This document shows positions 32,830 through 45,527 of a stretch of DNA of 64,000 nucleotides, piece after piece (position 1 is the first letter of the stretch; every line of letters begins with the position of its first letter). A program made the position numbers and the translations under genes. Source of the stretch: Anaerolineae bacterium (GTDB taxonomy: Bacteria; Chloroflexota; Anaerolineae; UBA1429); NCBI GenBank assembly GCA_050949345.1, contig JBMNFN010000001.1, positions 706,931 through 770,930 on the forward strand, in the 5' to 3' direction. The notes beneath the pieces were generated by a model, which worked only from the letters and a program-made list of their open reading frames with translations, did no database searches and was not told the DNA's origin.

Positions 32830-34767
32830 ATGCACGCCGCGCTGGTTCTGTTCCTGATGCTCGCGCTCTGCCTTGTCTTGAGTGATCGAACGGCAGCTCA
32901 GGACCCGATGCCGCAGGTGTCGCTGGTACCCGAGGGGCCACTGGGCACACTGGAACTGGCCTCGTTGACCGTGGATACCCAGGTGCAGTGCGACGAGACC
33001 GGCTGCCAGTTCCTGGTTGAGGAAGAGTATCGGATCTCCAACTCCAGCCGTACAGAGGCGGCCACAGCCACACTGCGATTGGAGCCTGAGGGGACTGACA
33101 TCGTTCCCCAGGTGCAGCTCGATCCGGGAGTTGCTGTGGGGTCGGATCGTTGGACGGTCGATCTGCCTGCCAATAGCAGTGCCATCGCCCTCCTGCGCTA
33201 CACCTGGACATCCAACGCAACCAATCTGCTGCACTATCAGTGGGACCCGGGCCCTGCCCTCGCCTGGCGCATTCCGGGGAGCGTCAGGCTCACCCTGGTG
33301 TTGCCGGACGATGTCAGCGACGACATCTTCCTGACGCGCGAGCCGGAGGGCTTTACTTTTGACGGCCGCACGCTGGAGTGGTCTTACGAAGGGCAACTGC
33401 CCGTCCACCCGCACGGCACCTGGATGCTGTCCCCCGCTGCCTGGGCACAGCTGACCACTCTTGAGCAGGCCGCTGACATTCCTACTCAGGTGGCACTGCT
33501 GCGCTCGCTCCGAGAGGAGGCGAAGGCGCAGCAGGCGCCCTATCCGGACCCGTGGTCCCGCATCCTGGGCCTCTTGCTGCAGGCGATAGAGCGATCTCCC
33601 TCCCCAGAGAGCTACCTGGCACTGGCGGATCAATATCAGCAACGCTTTACAGAGACGGAGGACAACAACTACCGTCTCCTGGCAATCGAGACGCTGGAGC
33701 AGGCTATCGAGACGGGGCACAGCGACGATGCCGTGCGAACGGGCCTGGCTGCGATGTATACCGACATGGCGGCCTGGGCAGCCCAGTCGGGTGACGCCTC
33801 TCGAGCCTTGGCCTATCTGACCGCCGCCAATCGGGCCAGCCCAGAGACGGCGCCTGTGGACAGTGAGTTGCGCGATGTGCTGATCCTCACGCAGGCGGTC
33901 GACCTGGCAGCACGGGGCAAGGTGGCCGACAGTCTCTTGCAGCTCGGTGATCAGCTGGCTCCTGCAGTTCAGGACGCCCTCTATCGTTACGCACCGCCGG
34001 TACGTGCCGCTCGCACAGACATCAACCGTGACGAGACCAGCCGCGGGGCGACCTACACCCTGCTGCTGTATCCCCCGGTCGCCGGGTCGGTCGGCCAACA
34101 CCTGAACGAATTGGCCGCTCGGATCGACGCCCTGGAGGGCATCGAGGCGACCCTGTTGCCTGCGGGCGATGATCCCTACGAGGCCGTGCTCCATGTGGTG
34201 AGCACTTTTGCCGACCCCATGGGCGAACGGATGCAGCGCGAGGCGCTGTACGCCTCCCTGGAGGGCGACCCCTCCTTCGTGGCTGCACTGATCGCGGCGC
34301 CCTGGAAGCCCGGGGAGGTGTTGCTCTCTGTGGAGCGTTCGCTGCTCTTTGATACCTATCGGTACCGGGAGCAACCGACGCTGCTGGACCCGATCACCGT
34401 CCGCGATGAGCAACTGGAGTACACCCGCTGGCGACTGGCCGAGATCACGGGCGTGGATGCGGGCACCGAAAAAGCGCGGCTGGAACAGCAGTTGGTGGCA
34501 CTGGCGCTGCGCCAGGAGCGGCAGATCTGGGAGAGCCTGTCCGCCTCGACCTATTGGAGCTATTCGGTAACCTTTGCTGAACCGTCGGCACTGGCTCCGC
34601 AAACCTGGCTGCTGGGCTGGGGACAGGAACGCCCGCTGGAGGTACTGTACCGGGCGGTACATTGGGGCCCGGTGGGCAAGCTGCTTCTGGTGATCGCAGG
34701 CGGTGTGGCGCTGCTCAGCATCGCCGGGCGAGCCTTCAACCGATCAAGTCGGCGTCAGCGAGCCTGA
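32830..34767 (+). CDS. Hypothetical secreted/anchored protein (signal peptide, helical-repeat middle, C-terminal TM anchor)
   Basis: N-terminal MHAALVLFLMLALCLVLS signal-like segment. C-terminal hydrophobic LLLVIAGGVALLSIAG followed by basic residues. No recognisable catalytic motif. Confidence 0.5.
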   Translation: MHAALVLFLMLALCLVLSDRTAAQDPMPQVSLVPEGPLGTLELASLTVDTQVQCDETGCQFLVEEEYRISNSSRTEAATATLRLEPEGTDIVPQVQLDPGVAVGSDRWTVDLPANSSAIALLRYTWTSNATNLLHYQWDPGPALAWRIPGSVRLTLVLPDDVSDDIFLTREPEGFTFDGRTLEWSYEGQLPVHPHGTWMLSPAAWAQLTTLEQAADIPTQVALLRSLREEAKAQQAPYPDPWSRILGLLLQAIERSPSPESYLALADQYQQRFTETEDNNYRLLAIETLEQAIETGHSDDAVRTGLAAMYTDMAAWAAQSGDASRALAYLTAANRASPETAPVDSELRDVLILTQAVDLAARGKVADSLLQLGDQLAPAVQDALYRYAPPVRAARTDINRDETSRGATYTLLLYPPVAGSVGQHLNELAARIDALEGIEATLLPAGDDPYEAVLHVVSTFADPMGERMQREALYASLEGDPSFVAALIAAPWKPGEVLLSVERSLLFDTYRYREQPTLLDPITVRDEQLEYTRWRLAEITGVDAGTEKARLEQQLVALALRQERQIWESLSASTYWSYSVTFAEPSALAPQTWLLGWGQERPLEVLYRAVHWGPVGKLLLVIAGGVALLSIAGRAFNRSSRRQRA

Positions 34768-36098
34768 ATCCTGGCTCCCCCCTCAGGTTTTTCGGCACCG
34801 TCCATGTCCCGGCTGAGGAAATAGCTCCAGAGGGCACAGAGCGTCGCCAGGACAAAGATCGGCGGAAAGCCGATGGCCTGCACCAGCAGTCCGCCCAGGG
34901 TAGGCAGAAACTGCAGCGGGCCGAGAAGCGTGTTGCTCAAGCCGATATAGGTAGGCCGCTCCTGATCGGGGGCGATGTCATACAGGTATGAGGTACGCGA
35001 AATATTGTCCGCAGAAATGGCGAGGCCTTGCAGCGAAAAAGGCACGGCAAACAGCGCCCCCACTATCACCGGAACCTCGCTGCCCCAAATGCCACGGGCC
35101 AGCAGTCCAAACAAGAGTACGGCCAGGGGCTCCACCGCGCCCAACAGCCGAGCGACGCGAAAGGTCCAGAGGTTGCCCCGCACACGGGTGGTGCGCGCCC
35201 ACAGTAGATTGCTGAACAGACGTACCAGCATCCTGGCCGAGAGATATACGCCCGACATGGCTGGTGATACGCCCAGCACTTCGGTGGCGTAAAGGATGAA
35301 AAAGGGATCCGCAATCCCCACCGCTGCAGTGGCCGCGCGAGCCTCAATGTAACGCAGAAAACGCTGGTCCTGGCGCAGCAGGTCCGGCGCGCGCTTGAGC
35401 TGCTGCCACAGATCCACACGGGTTCCCAAAGGTGCGCCTTTGGGTTCCACCACCATGCTGAGAGCACTGATGGCCAGCAGGAAAGAGAGCCCCGAGATCC
35501 CCAGCAACCAGGCATAGTTGACGGGAAAGGCCAGCCCCTCAGCGGAAAGCACGTACCCGATCAGAATGCCGGCGGTAAAACCCCCGATGTCCCCAGTGAA
35601 ACTGCGCATGGAGACCACACGCGAACGCTGCCCCGCAGGCACCATGCGCGCCACCAGCTCGGAACGGGCCACCGCCGAGCTGCCAGCGGCGAGACGTGCG
35701 ATGATAAAGAGCACAAACACCACGGTCAAAAAGAGGCCCGGGTTGGTACGATCGTGGTGCACCAGCAGCAGCGCCAAGAGCAGGTATACCAGCGTACGTA
35801 CTGCCTCCAGGGCGCGAACCGTCGGCAGAAAGCGCTTGAGCCTTTGCATGGGGGCGGCCACAAAGAACTGGGGCAGCAGCCAGCCAAAGAGGCGTACCGA
35901 GGGCACCAGCCCGGCCACAGCGTGAGACCCGCCCAGCTCACGGATCAACAGGGGCAACACCGTCGCCGGGTCGGAGAGGGTCATGCCACCCTCTACAAAA
36001 AAGTGGTTGAGAGCGCTCCAGCCGATGTTGCGTCGGATGGTGGCCTCAGAGTGGACGTGGCGGGTGCCGGAGGATGCTGTCTGAGTCATGCTGGGCAT
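34755..36098 (-). CDS. Major facilitator superfamily transporter
   Basis: 12-TM-like hydrophobic profile. MFS loop motifs (GQRSRVVSMRS, DRTNPGLF). Start set at the ATG at 36098. Further upstream the track ORF becomes low-complexity and runs through the divergent riboswitch promoter. Confidence 0.75.
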   Translation of the reverse strand: MPSMTQTASSGTRHVHSEATIRRNIGWSALNHFFVEGGMTLSDPATVLPLLIRELGGSHAVAGLVPSVRLFGWLLPQFFVAAPMQRLKRFLPTVRALEAVRTLVYLLLALLLVHHDRTNPGLFLTVVFVLFIIARLAAGSSAVARSELVARMVPAGQRSRVVSMRSFTGDIGGFTAGILIGYVLSAEGLAFPVNYAWLLGISGLSFLLAISALSMVVEPKGAPLGTRVDLWQQLKRAPDLLRQDQRFLRYIEARAATAAVGIADPFFILYATEVLGVSPAMSGVYLSARMLVRLFSNLLWARTTRVRGNLWTFRVARLLGAVEPLAVLLFGLLARGIWGSEVPVIVGALFAVPFSLQGLAISADNISRTSYLYDIAPDQERPTYIGLSNTLLGPLQFLPTLGGLLVQAIGFPPIFVLATLCALWSYFLSRDMDGAEKPEGGARIQAR

Positions 36099-36148
36099 TC
36101 TAGCAGCGTTGGCGTCGATGCCCAAGAAGCGCCTGTGCCGCCGATTGT

Positions 36149-36177
36149 TTGACACCGACCGTTCCCTGTGATAGCAT
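36149..36177 (+). promoter_or_regulatory. Sigma-70 promoter (TTGACA-17-TAGCAT) of the S-box leader
   Basis: TTGACA 36149-36154, 17-nt spacer, TAGCAT 36172-36177, about 25 nt upstream of the aptamer P1. Confidence 0.6.
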
Positions 36178-36199
36178 TTGCAGGCATCAAATGATGCGC

Positions 36200-36360
36200 T
36201 GGATTCATCAAGAGGGGTGGAGGGACCTGGCCCTGCGAAGCCCCGGCAACCTGACAGTCGACCCAAGCGACCGATGGTGCCAAGTCCGGCAGGCGGAGGG
36301 AGCGCCTGGAAGATGAATCGCCGGTTTCGTGTGTCTCCCCTGCGGGAGACTTTCTTTTTG
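36200..36360 (+). promoter_or_regulatory. SAM-I (S-box) riboswitch with intrinsic terminator expression platform
   Basis: UUCAUCAAGAGGGGUGGAGGGACCUGGCCCUGCGAAGCCCCGGCAACC matches the S-box consensus (YUCUUAUCAAGAGNGGYGGAGGGAYUGGCCCNAUGAARCCCRGCAACC). P1 closes with GAUGAA at 36312-36317. A terminator hairpin gtctccc-ctgc-gggagac plus a U-tract lies at 36333-36359. Confidence 0.8.
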
Positions 36361-36380
36361 TCCGGGGGTCCCAGCCTGTA

Positions 36381-37481
36381 ATGGCCGATAACCTTGGCGC
36401 GCGGCGCTTTACACCACGGTGGCTGCCACTTATCAATGGCGGCCTGCCCCATACCGATGCAGCCTCTGCATGGCAGTCGCTGGTGCATCGCTTTCCCCAG
36501 ATACCCAGCTGGCCCAGGCTCCCGCGCAAGAGCAACCTTGAGAACATGTACGTCCAGTTCAGCGAGCGGTTCCCAGGTATCAGCATGCAGAACGGCGGCA
36601 TCCTGGTGAATCGCAACAGCGACCTGGATGCAGGACTGGAGCAGTTGTACCTGGCCTATCTGGAGGACGATCTGGCCTATGGAGTGACCTCTGCCGCCTA
36701 TGCCGCCGGCCTGGACTTTCTGCTGCAGGGGAACGTGCAACTGCCCGAGACGCCGGTTGCCATCAAGGGCGAGATCACCGGTCCGATCAGTTGGGGCCTG
36801 ACTATCGTCGACCAGGAGCGCCGCCCGATCCTGCACGACCAGTTGCTGGAGGATGCTGTAGCCAAGCACCTCAGGCTCAAGGCCGCCTGGCAGGAGCGCG
36901 CGCTCGCCGAGATCTGCGCGCAAACCATCCTCATTGTCAATGAACCCTACATGGCCTCCTACGGCACCCCTACCCTGTCCAAACCGGCAGACGAGATCGT
37001 TCCTCTCTTTGAGGAAGTGTTTGCCGGGCTGCAGGGGCTCAAGGGGATCCAGTGCTCGGGCACTACGGACTGGGCTTTGTTGATGAGCACCAGCGCCGAT
37101 ATCGTCTCTTTTGATGCTTACGATTATGTCGATACGCTGGCGGCGGTGCCCGAGGCGCTGACACAGTTTATCGCCCGGGGCGGCATTCTTGCCTGGGGAA
37201 TTGTGCCCGCCGGTGGCGCTGCCCGCAGCGAATCGGTCGACTCTCTGTTGGGAAGGATGGAGGCAGGCCTGGATTTGCTTGCCTCGGTGGGCGTGCCGCG
37301 CGAGCTTCTGGTGGCCCAGGGCATGGTAGCGCCTTCAGCCAGCCTGGCTGCCCTGAGCGTGCCCCTGGCGGAGACGGTGCTGGATCTGACACAGGGGGTG
37401 AGCGCCGCTCTGCAGCAGCGCTATCCTTCTGAGGACCTGACAAGCGGCGCAAATGCCCAAGACACGCAGGAGGACACATAA
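36381..37481 (+). CDS. Cobalamin-independent methionine synthase C-terminal-domain-like protein (MetE core/YxjG-YxjH type)
   Basis: 366-aa URO-D/MetE-C-like sequence, immediately downstream of the S-box and upstream of methyl-cycle genes. The family assignment is inferred from length, context and weak motif similarity. Confidence 0.55.
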   Translation: MADNLGARRFTPRWLPLINGGLPHTDAASAWQSLVHRFPQIPSWPRLPRKSNLENMYVQFSERFPGISMQNGGILVNRNSDLDAGLEQLYLAYLEDDLAYGVTSAAYAAGLDFLLQGNVQLPETPVAIKGEITGPISWGLTIVDQERRPILHDQLLEDAVAKHLRLKAAWQERALAEICAQTILIVNEPYMASYGTPTLSKPADEIVPLFEEVFAGLQGLKGIQCSGTTDWALLMSTSADIVSFDAYDYVDTLAAVPEALTQFIARGGILAWGIVPAGGAARSESVDSLLGRMEAGLDLLASVGVPRELLVAQGMVAPSASLAALSVPLAETVLDLTQGVSAALQQRYPSEDLTSGANAQDTQEDT

Positions 37482-37491
37482 GTTGGCTATC

Positions 37492-39776
<2,285 letters not shown>

Positions 39777-39844
39777 GTTTGTGGTTGCCTCAAGGCCAGG
39801 AGCGAGCAGACCATAGATTTCATTCGCACAGAAGGAGTGCATTC

Positions 39845-41053
39845 GTGAATAACTTGATTCAGTCGCCTCGGTTCTTGTTTACATCCGAGTCGGTATCAGA
39901 GGGCCATCCGGACAAGGTCTGCGACCTGGTGTCGGATGCGATTCTGGATGCTATCATGGCCAAGGATCCTTACGGACGTGTGGCCTGCGAAACGGCTGTA
40001 ACCACCGGTCTGGTGCTCACCACCGGTGAGATCACCACCAGCTGCAACATCGACATCCCCAAGATTGTGCGGCAGACGATCAACGAGATCGGTTACAACT
40101 CACCCGATTCCGGGTTTGACGCCACAACCTGCGGCGTAATCACCTCGATCAAGGAACAGTCTGCCGATATCGCCCTGGGTGTGGATGAGGCCGCCGAGGC
40201 CAAGCAGGGTGCGATGTCGGATTCAGAGATCGAGGCTGTGGGCGCCGGCGATCAGGGAATGATGTTTGGCTATGCCTGCACAGAAACCCCCGAGCTGATG
40301 CCGATGCCCCTCCAGCTGGCCCAGGCGCTGGTCAAGAGGCTGGCGGAGGTCCGCAAGAATGGCACCCTGCCCTACCTGCGCCCCGACGGAAAGAGCCAGG
40401 TCACGGTAGAGTATCGTTACGGCAAGCCGGTGCGCGTGCACACGGTGGTTGTGGCGGCCCAGCACGAGGCCAGCGTATCGCAGCAGCAGATCGAACGGGA
40501 CATCCGCGAGCACGTGGTGCGAGTGGTTGTGCCTTCCAACATGCTGGATAACGACACGCGCTACTTCATCAACAGCACCGGCCGGTTTGTGATCGGCGGC
40601 CCCATGGGCGATGCCGGCCTGACGGGCCGCAAGATCATCGTGGACACCTATGGCGGCATGGTGCCCCATGGCGGCGGAGCCTTTTCGGGCAAGGATCCCA
40701 CCAAGGTGGACCGCTCCGGATCTTATGCGGTGCGCTGGGTAGCCAAGAATATCGTGGCGGCAGGCCTCGCCGAGCGTTGCCAGCTGCAGATCGCCTACAC
40801 CATCGGTGTGGCACAGCCTGTTGCCCTCAATATCGAAACCTTTGGCACCGGCCGCGTGTCGGACGCCACCCTCCAGGAGCTGGTCGCCGCCAACTTTGAT
40901 CTGCGACCGGGCGCCATCATCCGTGACCTGCGTCTGCGCCGACCGATCTACAAGCCAACTGCCGCCTACGGGCACTTTGGGCGTGTCGATCTCGACGCCC
41001 CATGGGAGCTCACCGACCGCGCTGCCAAGCTGCGGGCAGACGCCGGACTGTAA
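39845..41053 (+). CDS. metK: S-adenosylmethionine synthetase
   Basis: [26 protein letters not shown] motifs. GTG start at 39845 with a GAAGGAG SD. The TTG-initiated ORF in the track begins at 39779. Confidence 0.9.
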   Translation: MNNLIQSPRFLFTSESVSEGHPDKVCDLVSDAILDAIMAKDPYGRVACETAVTTGLVLTTGEITTSCNIDIPKIVRQTINEIGYNSPDSGFDATTCGVITSIKEQSADIALGVDEAAEAKQGAMSDSEIEAVGAGDQGMMFGYACTETPELMPMPLQLAQALVKRLAEVRKNGTLPYLRPDGKSQVTVEYRYGKPVRVHTVVVAAQHEASVSQQQIERDIREHVVRVVVPSNMLDNDTRYFINSTGRFVIGGPMGDAGLTGRKIIVDTYGGMVPHGGGAFSGKDPTKVDRSGSYAVRWVAKNIVAAGLAERCQLQIAYTIGVAQPVALNIETFGTGRVSDATLQELVAANFDLRPGAIIRDLRLRRPIYKPTAAYGHFGRVDLDAPWELTDRAAKLRADAGL

Positions 41054-41074
41054 AAGCCGCACGGTATCAATCAA

Positions 41075-41108
41075 GCGGGGCGAAGGTGAGATCGCCCCGC
41101 TTTGTGTT
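41075..41108 (+). terminator. Intrinsic terminator after metK
   Basis: gcggggcga-N8-tcgccccgc hairpin followed by TTTGTGTT. Confidence 0.65.
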
Positions 41109-41176
41109 CCTGTCGTTCTCTGGGCCGCCTGCGGCCGCGTATCGCCAGCCTGTGGACTTGTCTCGACTGCTCCCTT

Positions 41177-41185
41177 TGGTATAAT
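41177..41185 (+). promoter_or_regulatory. Extended -10 element TGgTATAAT for the rmd-gmd glycosylation operon
   Basis: TGGTATAAT at 41177-41185. Weak -35 (TTGTCT) 17 nt upstream. Confidence 0.5.
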
Positions 41186-41206
41186 CCCATCGCTGGAGTG
41201 CGGACC

Positions 41207-41254
41207 GTGCGCATAAGCGTGCGCATAAGCGTGCGCATGAGCGTGCCCATGAGT
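41207..41254 (+). repeat. Four tandem copies of a 12-nt unit (GTGCGCATAAGC x2, GTGCGCATGAGC, GTGCCCATGAGT) in the rmd leader
   Basis: Direct reading of the sequence. The repeat starts about 20 nt downstream of the -10 and ends about 55 nt before the rmd start. Confidence 0.7.
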
Positions 41255-41310
41255 ATCCATCCGCGTGGTCCTCTCCATCATCGACAGACTGGCCAAAGGG
41301 GGCTAGAACA

Positions 41311-42276
41311 CTGCGCACACTGATCACCGGCATCGGGGGATTCGCTGGAAGCCATCTGGCCGAACATCTGCTTGAAGCAGGGTTCGACACATCCGGCACC
41401 CTCTCGCCACAGGGCAGCGCCGCAAACCTCGGGCAGTTGCAGGAGCACTGTCACCTCTATCGCCTGGACCTCACGCAGTATGACGATGTCCGGGCGATGC
41501 TGGACAGTGCCGCACCTGACATCATCTACCATCTGGCAGCGCGTGCCTCTGTCCCTGCTGCCTGGCGAGACCCCGCCGCGGTGCTGCACAATAACATCAT
41601 CTCACAGCTCAACATGCTGCGGGCAGTCGCCGAGTCCGGCGCCCGTCCACGGATGCTGATCGTCGGCTCCTCCGATGAGTATGGTCGTGTGTCTCCGGAG
41701 GACCTCCCGGTAGACGAGGACACGCCGCTGCGCCCGGTGAACCCCTATGCCGTCAGCAAGTTGAGCCAGGACTATTTGGGACTGCAGTACCATATGAGCC
41801 ACGGCCTGCCGATTGTTCGCGTGCGCCCCTTTAACCACACGGGTCCTCGACAGGAACGGGGCTTTTTGGTGCCCGATCTGGCCTCCCAGATTGCGGCTAT
41901 CGAGACAGGATCGCAGCAGGCGGTGCTGCAGGTGGGCGATACCAGCGCCGAGCGTGACTTTGGAGATGTGCGGGACACCGTGCGCGCCTATCACCTGGCG
42001 GCCACCAAGGGACGCGTGGGCGCCGTTTACAACATCGGCACCGGCCGTGCCACTGCGGTGAGCACCATCCTGCAGACGCTGCTGGACCTCAGCCGCGTGC
42101 CCATTGAGGTGACGCTGGATCCTCGACGCCTGCGACCCAGCGATGTGCCCCGCATCGTCGCCGACGCGCGGCGTCTTTATCACGATACTGGATGGGAGCC
42201 CCGCATCCCGCTCGAGCGCACGCTGGCCGATACGCTGAATGACTGGCGCGCGCGCAGCCAAAGAGGCACTGACTGA
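41311..42276 (+). CDS. rmd: GDP-4-keto-6-deoxy-D-mannose reductase / NAD-dependent epimerase-dehydratase (Rmd-like)
   Basis: Rossmann N-terminus LITGIGGFAGSHLAEHLL. YxxxK present. Lies adjacent to gmd. The frame is open from 41185 but holds no ATG/GTG/TTG before 41437. A CTG at 41311 is preceded by AAGGGGG at an 8-nt spacing. Confidence 0.7.
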   Translation: MRTLITGIGGFAGSHLAEHLLEAGFDTSGTLSPQGSAANLGQLQEHCHLYRLDLTQYDDVRAMLDSAAPDIIYHLAARASVPAAWRDPAAVLHNNIISQLNMLRAVAESGARPRMLIVGSSDEYGRVSPEDLPVDEDTPLRPVNPYAVSKLSQDYLGLQYHMSHGLPIVRVRPFNHTGPRQERGFLVPDLASQIAAIETGSQQAVLQVGDTSAERDFGDVRDTVRAYHLAATKGRVGAVYNIGTGRATAVSTILQTLLDLSRVPIEVTLDPRRLRPSDVPRIVADARRLYHDTGWEPRIPLERTLADTLNDWRARSQRGTD

Positions 42277-42286
42277 TCAACAGTAG

Positions 42287-43264
<978 letters not shown>

Positions 43265-43291
43265 ACAGCGAGTGTCACGAGAGGGGGAAGC

Positions 43292-44728
43292 ATGGCCAAG
43301 TCTCTGATCCGCTTTGGAACCGACGGCTGGCGCGCCGGCATCGCAGAGGACTATACCTTTGAGAACCTGCGCTACTGCGCTCAGGGCACCGCCGACGAGC
43401 TCCTGGCTGACGGCAGCGCCTCCAAGGGCATGGTGGTGGGATACGACACACGCTACCGCTCGGAGGACTTTGGCCGTGCCGTGGCCGAGGTGCTGGCGGG
43501 CAACGGCATCAAGACCTATCTGGCGAACCGCTTTATGCCCACGCCGGTGCTGTCCTATGCCATCCTGCCCTATGCCACAGCGGGAGGGATCTGGATCACC
43601 GCCAGCCACAACCCGCCCACGGACAACGGTTTCAAGCTGCGCTCGTCCTATGCCGGAGCCGCTGCTCCCGACACACTCGCTTCGGTGGAAAAGCGCGTGG
43701 CTGCCGCCCAGGCGGAGGAGCGGGTACGGCGCATGGATTTCGACGCGGCCGTCAAGGCGGGGCTCGTCGAAATCATCGACCCGGCAGTGCCGTATCTGGA
43801 GCACCTGGCGACCTTGATCGATCTGGAGGCGCTCAAGTCCGCGGGCCTCGACCTGGTGGTGGACCCCATGTGGGGCGTGGGCCAGGGCTGGTTCCCGCGG
43901 CTCTTTGAGGGTGGCCAGACGAAACTGCACGAGATCCACAACAGCCGCAACCCGCTGTTCCCCGAGATGGCCCGCCCCGAGCCTATTGCCGACAACCTGT
44001 CGACCCTGCTAAGCACCATCGTCGAGCGCGGCGCCGATGCGGGCGTCGCTTTTGACGGCGATGCGGACCGAGTGGGCTTTGCCTCTGAAAAGGGCGAGTT
44101 CGTGAACCAGTTGCAGGTCTACGCCCTGCTGGCCTATTACCTGCTCGAGTGCCGTGGCAAGCGCGGGCCCCTGGTGCGCACGATCAGCACCACGGCCATG
44201 GCCAACAAGCTGGCGGCGCGCTACAACGTGCCGGTCTATGAGACGGCGGTGGGCTTTAAATATGTGGCGCCCAAGATGCTCGAGGTGGATGCGATTCTGG
44301 GCGGCGAGGAGAGCGGAGGGTTTGCCTTCTCACAGCACATCCCCGAGCGAGACGGCCTGCTGGCAGGTCTGTTCCTGCTGGATCTGATGGTGCGTGAGGG
44401 CAAAACGCCCAGTGCACTGATCGAACACCTGTATGAACTGGTTGGGCCACACTATTACAACAGGATCGATGGGCGCATGCAGCCGGAGGATCGCGCTGCG
44501 GTGCTGGCACGGGTGCAGGCCGCCCGGCCGGAGAGCGTGGCCGGCCTTGCGGTCACGGAAATCGATACCCGAGACGGTTTTCGATATGTGCTCGAGGGCG
44601 GTGACTGGCTGCTGATCCGATTCTCGGGTACAGAGCCCGTGATCCGCGTCTACTGCGAGACCACGCGGGCCGACAAGCTGGACGACATCCTGCAGGCGGG
44701 GCTGAAAATCGCGGGGCTCGAGGGCTAA
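43292..44728 (+). CDS. Phosphomannomutase/phosphoglucomutase (alpha-D-phosphohexomutase)
   Basis: FGTDGWRA N-terminus, TASHNPPTDNGFK phosphoserine loop, FDGDADR metal loop, GGEESGG sugar loop. Confidence 0.85.
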   Translation: MAKSLIRFGTDGWRAGIAEDYTFENLRYCAQGTADELLADGSASKGMVVGYDTRYRSEDFGRAVAEVLAGNGIKTYLANRFMPTPVLSYAILPYATAGGIWITASHNPPTDNGFKLRSSYAGAAAPDTLASVEKRVAAAQAEERVRRMDFDAAVKAGLVEIIDPAVPYLEHLATLIDLEALKSAGLDLVVDPMWGVGQGWFPRLFEGGQTKLHEIHNSRNPLFPEMARPEPIADNLSTLLSTIVERGADAGVAFDGDADRVGFASEKGEFVNQLQVYALLAYYLLECRGKRGPLVRTISTTAMANKLAARYNVPVYETAVGFKYVAPKMLEVDAILGGEESGGFAFSQHIPERDGLLAGLFLLDLMVREGKTPSALIEHLYELVGPHYYNRIDGRMQPEDRAAVLARVQAARPESVAGLAVTEIDTRDGFRYVLEGGDWLLIRFSGTEPVIRVYCETTRADKLDDILQAGLKIAGLEG

Positions 44729-44731
44729 CGG

Positions 44732-45526
44732 ATGCTCTTTGACACGCACGCGCATCTCGCGTGCACACAGCTTGCCGGCGACACGGATGACGTCATTCGA
44801 CGCGCCCGCGAGGCAGGCGTGCAACGCATCCTTGCCGTAGGGGCCGATCTGGCAACCAGCGCACAATCTGTCTCTATCGCGGCGGCGTACCCCGGTGTGT
44901 ATGCCGCCGCCGGCATTCATCCGCACGATGCGCTGGCAGCCTCGGCGGGGGGCGTGTCCGCTGCTGATCCCTCCCATCCGGCGTGGGCAGCGATTCGCCA
45001 GTGGGCAGAACGGGGCGAGATCGTGGCGCTGGGAGAGATTGGGCTGGACTATTACTATGACTTGACTCCTGCGCCCCTGCAGCGCGATGTGCTCAAGCTG
45101 CAACTGCAGCTGGCCGCCGAGCTGGATCTTCCGGTGGTGCTCCACAATCGTGAGTCGGACGAGGACATGCTGCAGATCCTCCGTTCGAGTCCTGCTGGCT
45201 TGCGGGGCGTGTTGCACTGCTACCTGGGGGGGCCCGCCTTGCGTGATTGGGCCCTGGAGCACGGCCTGTACCGCGGCGTGGCCGGGCCCGTCACTTTTCG
45301 CAAAATGGATGCCCTGCTCGATAGCGTCGCCGCGACGCCACTGGATCGCATTCTGATCGAGACCGACGCACCCTACCTGACCCCTCACCCACTGCGTGGC
45401 AAGCGGAACGAGCCCGCCTACGTGCGGCTTACAGCGGAACGGGTCGCCGAGCTTTATGGCTTGACGCTGGAAGCGTTTGCACAGAGGACCACCGAGAACG
45501 CATGCCAGCTCTTTCGAGTCGCCTGA
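44732..45526 (+). CDS. tatD: TatD-family metal-dependent DNase/hydrolase
   Basis: MLFDTHAHL start, TIM-barrel TatD motifs (LHCY, ETDAPYL). Confidence 0.85.
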   Translation: MLFDTHAHLACTQLAGDTDDVIRRAREAGVQRILAVGADLATSAQSVSIAAAYPGVYAAAGIHPHDALAASAGGVSAADPSHPAWAAIRQWAERGEIVALGEIGLDYYYDLTPAPLQRDVLKLQLQLAAELDLPVVLHNRESDEDMLQILRSSPAGLRGVLHCYLGGPALRDWALEHGLYRGVAGPVTFRKMDALLDSVAATPLDRILIETDAPYLTPHPLRGKRNEPAYVRLTAERVAELYGLTLEAFAQRTTENACQLFRVA

Positions 45527-45527
45527 C

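Noticed and set aside
36099-36923. 5-prime extension of the MFS transporter ORF (track ORF 34755..36923)
   Set aside because: The extension is low-complexity. It runs antisense through the S-box promoter, aptamer and the metE-like gene start. The ATG at 36098 gives a normal MFS N-terminus.
41207-41254. Possible CRISPR array
   Set aside because: The units are 12 nt, directly abutting with no spacers. Only four copies. No cas genes in the window.
41102-41323. 73-aa ORF spanning the 12-mer repeat (encodes VRISVRISVRMSVPMS...)
   Set aside because: Starts upstream of the predicted transcription start (the -10 is at 41180-41185), has no SD, and its repetitiveness derives from the DNA repeat. A short uORF coupled to the rmd CTG start cannot be fully excluded.
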